Shown here: piece after piece, positions 9,265 to 16,735 of the stretch | How positions within the stretch are numbered: position 1 is the stretch's first letter | How the letters are laid out: the number at the start of each line of letters is the position of its first letter | DNA from: Verrucomicrobiia bacterium | Lineage (GTDB): Bacteria > Verrucomicrobiota > Verrucomicrobiia > Limisphaerales > DASXHY01 | Direction of reading: 5' to 3' | DNA length: 39,665 nt | Assembly: GCA_035701135.1 (NCBI GenBank) | Contig: DASSNZ010000420.1 | Coordinates: forward strand, 1 to 39,665 | Translations under genes and position numbers: made by a program | The notes under the pieces: model-generated | Seen by the model: the letters and a program-made list of their open reading frames with translations, nothing else | Database searches by the model: none | What the model was told of the DNA's origin: nothing

Positions 9265-10349
9265 TGGTGCGCGGCGTGAATTGGCTGGGCGACGCGGTGA
9301 TGACGACGCCGGCATTGATGCGATTGCGCGAACGTTTTCCCGACGCGCGCATCGTGATTTTGACGCCGGAAAAACTCGCGGAACTTTGGCGGAATCATCC
9401 GGCGGTGAACGAAATTATTTCCATCGCGCCCGGCGAAGGATTGTTTTCCGTGAGCCGAAAATTGCGCTCCGGAAAATTCGATCTCGCGCTGGTGTTTCCC
9501 AATTCTCCCCGCTCGGCGATGGAGCCATGGCTCGCGCGCATTCCACAACGAATCGGATACTCGCGTCCCTGGCGGAATTTTTTCCTGACAAAAACCGTGG
9601 CGGCGCGCGCCGAATATTTTCCGATGCGAAAATTATCGGAAGAAGCGATTCGTTTGCTGATCGAAAATTCGCGAGCCAACACGAAATTTAATCCTCCGCC
9701 GAAAGCGCATCACATTTTTGAATACCTTCATCTCGCCGGCGCGCTTGGCGCGAATCCCGAGCCGTTGCCGCCGCGCCTTTTCGTCGAGGAAAAAGAAATT
9801 CGAGACGCGGCGATCCGGTTCAATTTGAATTCGGAAAACCGCCCGATTTTCGCATTGAATCCCGGCGCCGAATACGGTCCGGCGAAACGCTGGCCGGCTG
9901 AAAAATTTATCGCCGTCGCGAAGGAAATTCAGCGGCAAACGAATTGCGCCTGGATTTTGCTCGGCGGAAAAAACGATTTGCCAATTGCCAATCAGATTGA
10001 GTCCGGACTTCAAAATTCAAAATTCAAAATTCAAAATTGCTGCGGCAAAACTTCGCTTCGCGAATTGATGGCGTTGCTGAAATGTTGCCGCGCGCTACTG
10101 ACGAACGACACCGGTCCGATGCACGTGGCCGCCGCGTTGGAAACGCCGGTCGTCGCGCTGTTCGGCAGCACTTCGCCCGAACTCACCGGGCCGGGTTTGC
10201 CGGGCGATTCGCGGAATCAATGGCTTAAATCCGACGCGCCCTGCTCGCCGTGTTTTTTGCGCGAATGCCCGATTGATTTTCGCTGCATGACGGAAATTCC
10301 CGTCGAGCGCGTTGTGAATGCGGTATTGAAAACGGCGCGCACGAACTGA
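9216..10349 (+). CDS. waaF: LPS heptosyltransferase II-like glycosyltransferase (GT9)
   Basis: N-terminal ILVRGVNWLGDAVMTTPAL, then NPGAEYGPAKRWP and TNDTGPMHVAAALETPVVALFG, all typical of RfaF/WaaF. Confidence 0.85.
   Translation: MRVLSPTPNSQLPASILVRGVNWLGDAVMTTPALMRLRERFPDARIVILTPEKLAELWRNHPAVNEIISIAPGEGLFSVSRKLRSGKFDLALVFPNSPRSAMEPWLARIPQRIGYSRPWRNFFLTKTVAARAEYFPMRKLSEEAIRLLIENSRANTKFNPPPKAHHIFEYLHLAGALGANPEPLPPRLFVEEKEIRDAAIRFNLNSENRPIFALNPGAEYGPAKRWPAEKFIAVAKEIQRQTNCAWILLGGKNDLPIANQIESGLQNSKFKIQNCCGKTSLRELMALLKCCRALLTNDTGPMHVAAALETPVVALFGSTSPELTGPGLPGDSRNQWLKSDAPCSPCFLRECPIDFRCMTEIPVERVVNAVLKTARTN
10009..10038 (+). repeat. Heptanucleotide tandem repeat (TTCAAAA) x4 plus a partial copy, inside waaF
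   Basis: Direct reading: ttcaaaa ttcaaaa ttcaaaa ttcaaaa tt. It is translated as NSKFKIQN in a variable loop. Confidence 0.9.
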
Positions 10350-10376
10350 CGCGTTCTACGGCGGACAGGAAATTTC

Positions 10377-12089
10377 TCATTCCCGAACGACTTCGCGCGG
10401 ATCTTTGTCTTCGCGCAAACCAAGGAACGCCGGCTGACGCAAATGACCATCGCGCGTCCACTCGGCAAATCGCACTTCGCAAACCAATTCCGGCTTTACC
10501 CACGTGCAACGGCGCATTTCAGCAACGGTGAGCGCGCGGCCCCAACGCGAATTTTTAGGCTCCGGCAGATTCGCGAACGGACATTTGGATTGCCGCAGTT
10601 TTTGAAATTTTTCGTAAAGCGATTTCAATAATTTCTGATTGAAACCGGTCCCGACTTTCGAGGCGAACATCAGTTTGCCGCGCTCGTAATAGCCGACCAG
10701 CACCGCGCCAAAATGCGAGCGCGTGCCGCCCGGCGGCGTGTAACCGCCGATGACAAATTCCTGTTCGCTCGTCCATTTGAATTTCACCCAGGCGCCGCCG
10801 CGCCGGCCGATTTCGTATTTTGATTCCGCTTTTTTCGCGACGAGACCTTCGAGTCCGCGCGACTGCATTTCCTTCAACACACGCTCGGAATCCGCCTGAA
10901 TGCTTGCGGAAAAACGAATCGCATCGGGCAGTTGCGCGATGAGCGATTGCGCGATTTCCTTTCGCTTGAGCAACGGCAGGCCGGTCAAATCTTTTCCGTT
11001 CAGTTGAAGCACGTCGAAGACGTAATAAAAAATCGGCGGACGGGATTCTCCTGGAAGATTCGCGGCCTGCAATAGTTGAAACGACGATTTGCCTTCCTCG
11101 TCGAGCGCGACGATTTCGCCATCGAGAACAATTTCCTCGGCCGGCAATCCACGCAACGCGTTCGCGACTTCGGGATATTTGTCGGTAAAATTTTTTTCGT
11201 TTCGCGAAATCAATTTGATTTCGCTTTTCCGCTTGATGCTTAACGCGCGGACGCCGTCGAATTTGATTTCATAAATCCACTCCGCGCCTTTGGGAAGTTT
11301 TTCGGAAACCAACGCTTTCATCGGTTCGACAAATTCGGTCGCGCGTTTCGGCAAAAGAGGCAGGTTGAATTTATTTTTTTTCGAAACGCCGTTTTCGGAA
11401 TCGGCGCGTTTCAAACGCGCTCTCGGCATCTTGCCGGAAGTCTGCAAATTTTGTTTTCGATCGAGACTGCCGGCGGGACGCGCGGCGGCACGTTTCGATT
11501 CCGACGTTCGATTGCTTTGCCATTGCGCGTCGTTGTCAGCGGCGATTTTTTTCAGCGAACGTTTGGTGAGCGCGGATTGATCTTCGGCGCGCGCGGAAAT
11601 CGGACGCGCGTTCTCGCCGCTTTTGAACAGCAGCCACTGCGGTTTTTCGTCGCCGTCGCGCGGCCGCATTCGCACGAGCGCCCATTCGCCTTTGAGTTTT
11701 TTTCCGCGCAACGTGAAGTGAATTTTCCCACTTTTCAGCGCGTCAACCGGATCGCCGTCCGCAACTTCATACGAACCGATGTCCCAGACCATCACGGTTC
11801 CCGCGCCGTAATTTCCTTTCGGAATCGTTCCTTCGAACCGCGCGTAATCCATAGGATGATCCTCCACCTGCACGGCGAGCCGGCGATCTCCTTTTCGCGA
11901 CGGAAAACCTTTCGGCACGGCCCAGGATTTCAGAACGCCTTCCATCGCTAGCCGGAAATCATAATGCAAACGCGTCGCCGCATGTTTTTGCACGACGAAA
12001 AAATTCTCCTTCGGCGCGGAAATTTTTTTTCCGTTCGGCTCGCGCGTCCGGCTGAAATCGCGTTTGGCTTTGTATTCTTTAAGGCTCAT
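10377..12089 (-). CDS. ligD: DNA ligase D, 3'-phosphoesterase plus ATP-dependent ligase domains (no polymerase domain)
   Basis: The N-terminal PE domain reads FVVQKHAATRLHYDFRL...WAVPKG...EDHPMDY. The ligase adenylation motif is EIKFDGVRAL. An OB-fold follows at the C-terminus. Confidence 0.9.
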   Translation of the reverse strand: MSLKEYKAKRDFSRTREPNGKKISAPKENFFVVQKHAATRLHYDFRLAMEGVLKSWAVPKGFPSRKGDRRLAVQVEDHPMDYARFEGTIPKGNYGAGTVMVWDIGSYEVADGDPVDALKSGKIHFTLRGKKLKGEWALVRMRPRDGDEKPQWLLFKSGENARPISARAEDQSALTKRSLKKIAADNDAQWQSNRTSESKRAAARPAGSLDRKQNLQTSGKMPRARLKRADSENGVSKKNKFNLPLLPKRATEFVEPMKALVSEKLPKGAEWIYEIKFDGVRALSIKRKSEIKLISRNEKNFTDKYPEVANALRGLPAEEIVLDGEIVALDEEGKSSFQLLQAANLPGESRPPIFYYVFDVLQLNGKDLTGLPLLKRKEIAQSLIAQLPDAIRFSASIQADSERVLKEMQSRGLEGLVAKKAESKYEIGRRGGAWVKFKWTSEQEFVIGGYTPPGGTRSHFGAVLVGYYERGKLMFASKVGTGFNQKLLKSLYEKFQKLRQSKCPFANLPEPKNSRWGRALTVAEMRRCTWVKPELVCEVRFAEWTRDGHLRQPAFLGLREDKDPREVVRE

Positions 12090-12093
12090 TCAG

Positions 12094-12230
12094 CCACAGA
12101 TTTTCACAGATGAAACACAGACCAAGGAGTCCGGCGGTTCACGAGAATTTCTACGCAAATCATTTTGAATGTTCTGCGGCGCCTGCCGCATTTCCGTCTT
12201 GAATTTGCGCGCATCTGTGTGCATCTGTGG
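12094..12230. repeat. Palindromic MITE/REP-like element (CACAGAT-type terminal inverted repeats) filling the ku-ligD spacer
   Basis: Left arm: ccacagattttcacagatgaaacacagac. Right arm: atctgtgtgcatctgtgg. An internal small hairpin is tgcggc-gcct-gccgca. The architecture matches 33928-34080. Confidence 0.65.
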
Positions 12231-12237
12231 CGCAAGA

Positions 12238-13071
12238 TCACGCGGCTTTGCGCATTTTGCGTTTGTGCGCGGCGGGTTTGTGTTTTGCGGCGCGCGGCTT
12301 TTGCGTTTGTTCCAGGCTTTGCTGCAAAACGGAAACGAGATCCACGACGTTCGTCGGCTTTTTCGGCGCGCCGCGCGCGGCGGGAGTTTTTCCGCCGCTT
12401 TCCACTTTCGCGTGAATGATTTCCAAAAGCGCGTGGCGATAATCGTCGGTGTATTTCGCGGGATCCCATTTGTCCGACATTTTTTCAATCAGGTCTTTCG
12501 CCATTTCCAGTTCACGCGAGCCGATGGCCGGATTCGCGGGAATTTTTAAATCGGACGCGTCCACAATTTCCTCGGCAAAGTGCATGAGTTCGAGCACGAG
12601 AAGATTTTTCTGCGGTTTCACGGCGGCCAGATGTTGCCGCGTTTTGATGACGACTTTGGCGATTCCGACTTTTCCGGTTTGCTCCAGCGCGTCGCGCAAA
12701 AGCGCGTACGCCTTTTCGCCGCGTTTTTCCGGTTCGAGGTAATACGGCTTGTCGAAAAAAATCGGATTGATCTCGTTCAGTTCGACGAAATCAATGATAT
12801 CCACGCTTTGCGTCGCTTCGATGTCCGCGCGTTTGAAATCTTCGTCCTTGAGCACGACGAATTTTCCTTTTTCGTATTCGTAGCCTTTGACGATTTCCTC
12901 CCAGGGAACTTCCTTGCCGTCGGCCTCGGCGACGCGTTTGTAATTCACCGGGCTGAGATCGCGCGCGCGAAGCAGGCGGAACTTGAGTTCCTCCCGCCGC
13001 GTCGCGCCGTAAAGCGCGATGGGAATATTGATGAGACTGAAACTGATGGAACCTTTCCAGATCGCGCGCAT
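12238..13071 (-). CDS. ku: Ku DNA end-binding protein (NHEJ)
   Basis: Trimmed to ATG 13071 (MRAIWKGSISFSLINIPIALYGA, the canonical bacterial Ku N-terminus). The C-terminal tail is lysine-rich. Confidence 0.9.
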   Translation of the reverse strand: MRAIWKGSISFSLINIPIALYGATRREELKFRLLRARDLSPVNYKRVAEADGKEVPWEEIVKGYEYEKGKFVVLKDEDFKRADIEATQSVDIIDFVELNEINPIFFDKPYYLEPEKRGEKAYALLRDALEQTGKVGIAKVVIKTRQHLAAVKPQKNLLVLELMHFAEEIVDASDLKIPANPAIGSRELEMAKDLIEKMSDKWDPAKYTDDYRHALLEIIHAKVESGGKTPAARGAPKKPTNVVDLVSVLQQSLEQTQKPRAAKHKPAAHKRKMRKAA

Positions 13072-13149
13072 ACGACAATTTACGCCGGACCGGCAAGCTG
13101 ACGAATGGGGCGATACCCAGTGTGAAACTGGCAAAATCCAATTAATCCG

Positions 13150-13416
13150 TCAGAAATGCGCGGCTCTGGGTTTTGAATTTTCTTTTCCTACTTTTGTGAT
13201 GATTTTCCCTAAATCCACGTTCATCGCTTTCGCAACGCGCAGGACAGTTTCAAGAGACGGAATTCGGTGTCCTTTTTCCATATAACCAATTGCCTGCTGA
13301 GACAAGCCTGATTCCTGAGCGAGAGCATATTTGGATAAGCCGCGCCGTTCGCGCTCTTCTTTAAGGAGCTGGATAATTTTTTTGCATTCGGCTTCTGTTA
13401 TTTTGGCTAAAGACAC
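13150..13416 (-). CDS. XRE-family helix-turn-helix transcriptional regulator (88 aa)
   Basis: The HTH_3 pattern RGLSKYALAQESGLSQQAIGYMEKGHRIPSLETVLRVAKAMNV. The gene is divergent from the exported-protein gene at 13501. Confidence 0.8.
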   Translation of the reverse strand: MSLAKITEAECKKIIQLLKEERERRGLSKYALAQESGLSQQAIGYMEKGHRIPSLETVLRVAKAMNVDLGKIITKVGKENSKPRAAHF

Positions 13417-13500
13417 GCCAAACAGTTTCTTTAAAACAGGCTTGACACTCCTACTTCCCAGTTGTTACCTAAATGTGAACCTTCCAAAACCACGACAACT

Positions 13501-15420
13501 ATGAAAAAACAACTATTCGTTGGAACTATTGTTTTTCTTTTCGGTTCCATCGTTGCGAATGCACAAACACCACCCGAATTGACCATAACCAACGACTCCC
13601 CCAATTCCGTTCAGGTCAACTGGTCGAATGAAATCGGGACGAGTTATCGAGTGTTGTTCAAAAATTCGTTGTCCACGCCGCAATGGACGCCATTGGAGGA
13701 CGCGTTCTCGGCGGACACAAACGTTTCAGTTGGATTTTCCAGCGCCGATTCGCCGACGGGTTTCTTTCAGGTGGAAATTCCAACCAATAGCGGCATCGCG
13801 ACAGTTGAGATATTCTCGCTGACCAACGGACAATCCGTGAGCGGAACGATCGCCGTTGGCGTCGGGGCGCAGATTGGCAGTCCGCTGATGGGTATTAATC
13901 TTTACCTCGACGATGCGCTGATCGGATACGTAGATTCGGGCGGCGCGGAATTCGACCTGGACACAACTCATTTTGCAAACGGAAACCACACCCTGTATGT
14001 TAGCGCCGTGGACACGGGCAATAATGAAACTGCTTCCGATCCCATAACGCTGGATTTTGAAAATTCGGTGCGCTGGCTGGATGCCGATCAGTTGTTCCAA
14101 TCCTTCTCGCCGATCAATGTGCAATCCGATATTTTTCCCGCCGACTGGACTGTTTTTGTTGAAGACACTAACGGCGCGACAGTGCGGACGTTTTCGGGAA
14201 CCACGCAGGACGGAATGATTCAAACAAATTGGGATGGAAACGATGATAATGGCAATTCCGTTCCAAACGAATCAAGTTATACGATTACCGTAGCCGTCAC
14301 TGCCAGCGATTCCGAGAGCTTGGCAATGATGACTTCCTCGGGCCTGATGACCAGTTCCGGCTTAAGTTCTGTTTCGACGGTAACGAACGGTTACGGCGCG
14401 ACGGAATATATTGTTGACGAACCCCCGCCAGATTCTTCCGCGCTCTATTCTTTAATGCTCGAAAATTATTGGGCGATGCCAGAGAGCGAGAGGATTATCT
14501 TTCCGCAATTCTGGCTTTTGCCTACAAATTCCTCGCCTGCTGTAATAGAAACAAAACTTTCCGCGCGGCAGACGTTTATGAAACAGCACAGCTTCGGCGA
14601 TCAAATGATTGGAAATGCTCAAACGATTTCCGTGAATGGCGTTTCTGCGCAATCCACTTCGGGCGACCTGCACACGGTCCACAATGTCGCTTGGCGGGAA
14701 GCTTCCTGGTCCAGCGGCCAAATTGTTTTGGCAAGGCAGGATTTGGGTTTATTAAACCCTCTTGAAGGAGCGCTGACTGGCTTGTTTTCTGATGTCCGTA
14801 CCGATCTTGAGGAGGCAGGAGTCATTGGAAGAGATCCTTACAACGGAGGTGTTCTCGTATTGCAACACAATGGAGACTTTGATCAGGTGAGGACGGCTTT
14901 GACTTCCACTTCTCCCAACACACGGGAATTCTTTTTCTGGGGGCATGGTTCTCGGGATGGGAATTCGATTGGATTTGCAGGGGGAATTCCAAATGACGGA
15001 ATTCTTGCACGCGACCTTGATTCCTTGCTTGGCAATTTTGTTTCACCGGCACGCAATGGACAACCGATGAAAATCGGAACACATAAGCCTTTTGATTTCG
15101 TCTTTTTGGATGGTTGCATGACAGGCAGAGGTAATCTCCCGGAGGCGTTTGGAATTCCCAAAGCCGTTCCCGGCGCGAGCTATGTGCGACTGAATATTCA
15201 CAAGCGAGCTTTTATGGGATGGGGCGGGCACGTAACCGATTCGATTATTGATAGCGATCATTTCAATTGGTCCAAGGCTTTTTGGGATGAATGGCTAACG
15301 GATGATCCTAACACCGTCACAGTGAGGCAAGCCGTTGACGATGCAACAGTCACTTACCCGTCGGCCGGAGCAACAGGCATGTTAATTAGCGGCAGTGAAG
15401 ATCTGACGTGGAAAAATTAG
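13501..15420 (+). CDS. Exported multidomain protein: signal peptide, FN3/Ig-like modules, a FlgD-Ig-like module, and a C-terminal CHAT/clan-CD-like putative cysteine peptidase domain
   Basis: Trimmed to ATG 13501 (MKKQLFVGTIVFLFGSIVANA). The beta-sandwich-like segments are VQVNWSNEIGTSYRVLF...GFFQVEI, HFANGNHTLYVSAVDTGNNE and NWDGNDDNGNSVPNESSYTITV. The C-terminal part carries FFFWGHGSRDG (His codon 14944-14946) and FVFLDGCMTG (Cys codon 15115-15117). Confidence 0.7.
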   Translation: MKKQLFVGTIVFLFGSIVANAQTPPELTITNDSPNSVQVNWSNEIGTSYRVLFKNSLSTPQWTPLEDAFSADTNVSVGFSSADSPTGFFQVEIPTNSGIATVEIFSLTNGQSVSGTIAVGVGAQIGSPLMGINLYLDDALIGYVDSGGAEFDLDTTHFANGNHTLYVSAVDTGNNETASDPITLDFENSVRWLDADQLFQSFSPINVQSDIFPADWTVFVEDTNGATVRTFSGTTQDGMIQTNWDGNDDNGNSVPNESSYTITVAVTASDSESLAMMTSSGLMTSSGLSSVSTVTNGYGATEYIVDEPPPDSSALYSLMLENYWAMPESERIIFPQFWLLPTNSSPAVIETKLSARQTFMKQHSFGDQMIGNAQTISVNGVSAQSTSGDLHTVHNVAWREASWSSGQIVLARQDLGLLNPLEGALTGLFSDVRTDLEEAGVIGRDPYNGGVLVLQHNGDFDQVRTALTSTSPNTREFFFWGHGSRDGNSIGFAGGIPNDGILARDLDSLLGNFVSPARNGQPMKIGTHKPFDFVFLDGCMTGRGNLPEAFGIPKAVPGASYVRLNIHKRAFMGWGGHVTDSIIDSDHFNWSKAFWDEWLTDDPNTVTVRQAVDDATVTYPSAGATGMLISGSEDLTWKN

Positions 15421-16094
15421 TGAAAACTACTTTGTTGGCTTCGATCGTTTTGCTGGCGATGATTTATTCAGTCATCGCTGGCGAAAACGAGAATTTATTC
15501 CTGAATCAAACGATGGTTCCGTTGGTAAGACAATTCGTGAAGCAAAATCGGCTTGCAGAAACAAACTTAAGCACAAATGACATCATAAAATATAGGGTCA
15601 CTTTTTTTAAAGAAGAACGATCTGGATGTTTAGCAAATCTCAAGTTGAAATGCGGCTACTTTTTTGATGTCTGGTCTGACGGAACTAACGCCGAGGTGCG
15701 TGACTTTGGCGACGCAAACGTCAGGACATATTACAATCTGTCGGATGCGCCGAAAGAAAAAATAGAAGCCGTCAAAAAACTTAACTTGAGCAATAAACTG
15801 AATGAGAAAACAGCTTTGGAGTTGGCGGAAAAGTTTTTTGAATTACAAGGACATAAAAAATCAAATTTCCACTCACCGGAGATTCACCAGTGCAATTGGG
15901 TAGGAACCGATGCTGAAGGTTGGGGTCCGTTGCCATATTACCAGATCAAGTGGTATCGAAAGGATGTGACGCAAACGGAGCGAGAATCAGGGCTTTCAAC
16001 CGTTCCGGAAATCGTTATCGAAGTATCTGGCGTCACATCAAATCTGGTCGCGTATCACAAGTATGGTTCCCTGCCTATCGGCAAAGATTTCTAA
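15408..16094 (+). CDS. Exported hypothetical protein (228 aa)
   Basis: GTG start at 15408 overlaps the upstream stop by 13 nt. The signal peptide is LLASIVLLAMIYSVIAGE. The sequence is AT-rich and lysine-rich, and I recognise no family. The C-terminal helix + beta segment (ALELAEKFFELQG...YYQIKWYRKD...IVIEVSG) is vaguely PepSY-like. Confidence 0.6.
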   Translation: MEKLVKTTLLASIVLLAMIYSVIAGENENLFLNQTMVPLVRQFVKQNRLAETNLSTNDIIKYRVTFFKEERSGCLANLKLKCGYFFDVWSDGTNAEVRDFGDANVRTYYNLSDAPKEKIEAVKKLNLSNKLNEKTALELAEKFFELQGHKKSNFHSPEIHQCNWVGTDAEGWGPLPYYQIKWYRKDVTQTERESGLSTVPEIVIEVSGVTSNLVAYHKYGSLPIGKDF

Positions 16095-16107
16095 AACCAA
16101 CCGCATT

Positions 16108-16692
16108 ATGAAACCCGGCAAGCGACTGATTTTGCGAATTATTCTCGATTCGGTTCTGTGCCTCATAATCGTGGTCGAAATTTTGTTTGGGTATCCTTAC
16201 AGCTATCTGAACAGTGACGATACGATCAGCAATCTTTGGGTTCTTTGCGGACCTTTTGCCGCAACTCATCACAAGCTGTTCTTTTGCAGTCTGGGTTTGC
16301 TGATTGGCGGAATTATCGGCGGACTTGTCGGAAGCAGGACGTGGCCGTGGAGGTTCGGTTTTGGATGCGCTCTGTTATTTATTGCCGGGATTGCGCTTGG
16401 AATCAGGCATACGCTGGTTCGCACTAAACCGGTTGTGGAAGCAAATCAGGCACAAATGGAATTTCTGATTGAAGAGCAAACAGCGTTTGAAAGGTATCTC
16501 GCATTGAAATCCATGGATGAGGGAACAAATGCGCTGGAGAAATTTCGGATTCAAAGCCGCGCGGCTCTCACCAACTTTCTTCTCCAGGCGGATCAGTTTA
16601 AAGGAGTGATTTATGGGACATTAAATACCAAGGAATGGGTCACAAATTCTGGATCATACACGGTGATCAAAAAATATCTGGCTGAACATTGA
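16108..16692 (+). CDS. Hypothetical integral membrane protein (about 3-4 TM) with a C-terminal soluble helical domain
   Basis: Trimmed to ATG 16108, 13 nt after the upstream stop. Hydrophobic segments: ILDSVLCLIIVVEILFG, LFFCSLGLLIGGIIGGLVG, FGFGCALLFIAGIALGI. Confidence 0.6.
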   Translation: MKPGKRLILRIILDSVLCLIIVVEILFGYPYSYLNSDDTISNLWVLCGPFAATHHKLFFCSLGLLIGGIIGGLVGSRTWPWRFGFGCALLFIAGIALGIRHTLVRTKPVVEANQAQMEFLIEEQTAFERYLALKSMDEGTNALEKFRIQSRAALTNFLLQADQFKGVIYGTLNTKEWVTNSGSYTVIKKYLAEH

Positions 16693-16710
16693 TTCCGATT
16701 GCTGTTGATT

Positions 16711-16731
16711 CTGCCGACAGAATGTCGGCAG
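16711..16731. terminator. Hairpin between convergent genes (possible bidirectional terminator)
   Basis: ctgccgaca-gaa-tgtcggcag forms a 9-bp stem. It lies 18 nt after the + strand stop and 4 nt after the - strand stop. There is no clear U-tract on either side. Confidence 0.35.
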
Positions 16732-16735
16732 CACG

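Noticed and set aside
12090-12549. ORFs 12090..12488 -, 12104..12469 -, 12165..12419 + and 12169..12549 +
   Set aside because: They span the palindromic repeat element and the lysine-rich 3' end of ku in wrong frames. The peptides are Arg/Lys-rich repeat translations.
14325-14370. Short in-frame duplication MTSSGL-MTSSGL in the exported protein as a functional repeat
   Set aside because: It is only two copies in an apparent Ser/Thr-rich linker, most likely a simple slippage duplication.
13135-16735. Island as a prophage remnant, integron cassette or transposon
   Set aside because: No integrase, transposase, attC-like site, terminal inverted repeats or flanking direct repeats could be recognised by eye. 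Foreign origin rests only on composition and broken synteny.
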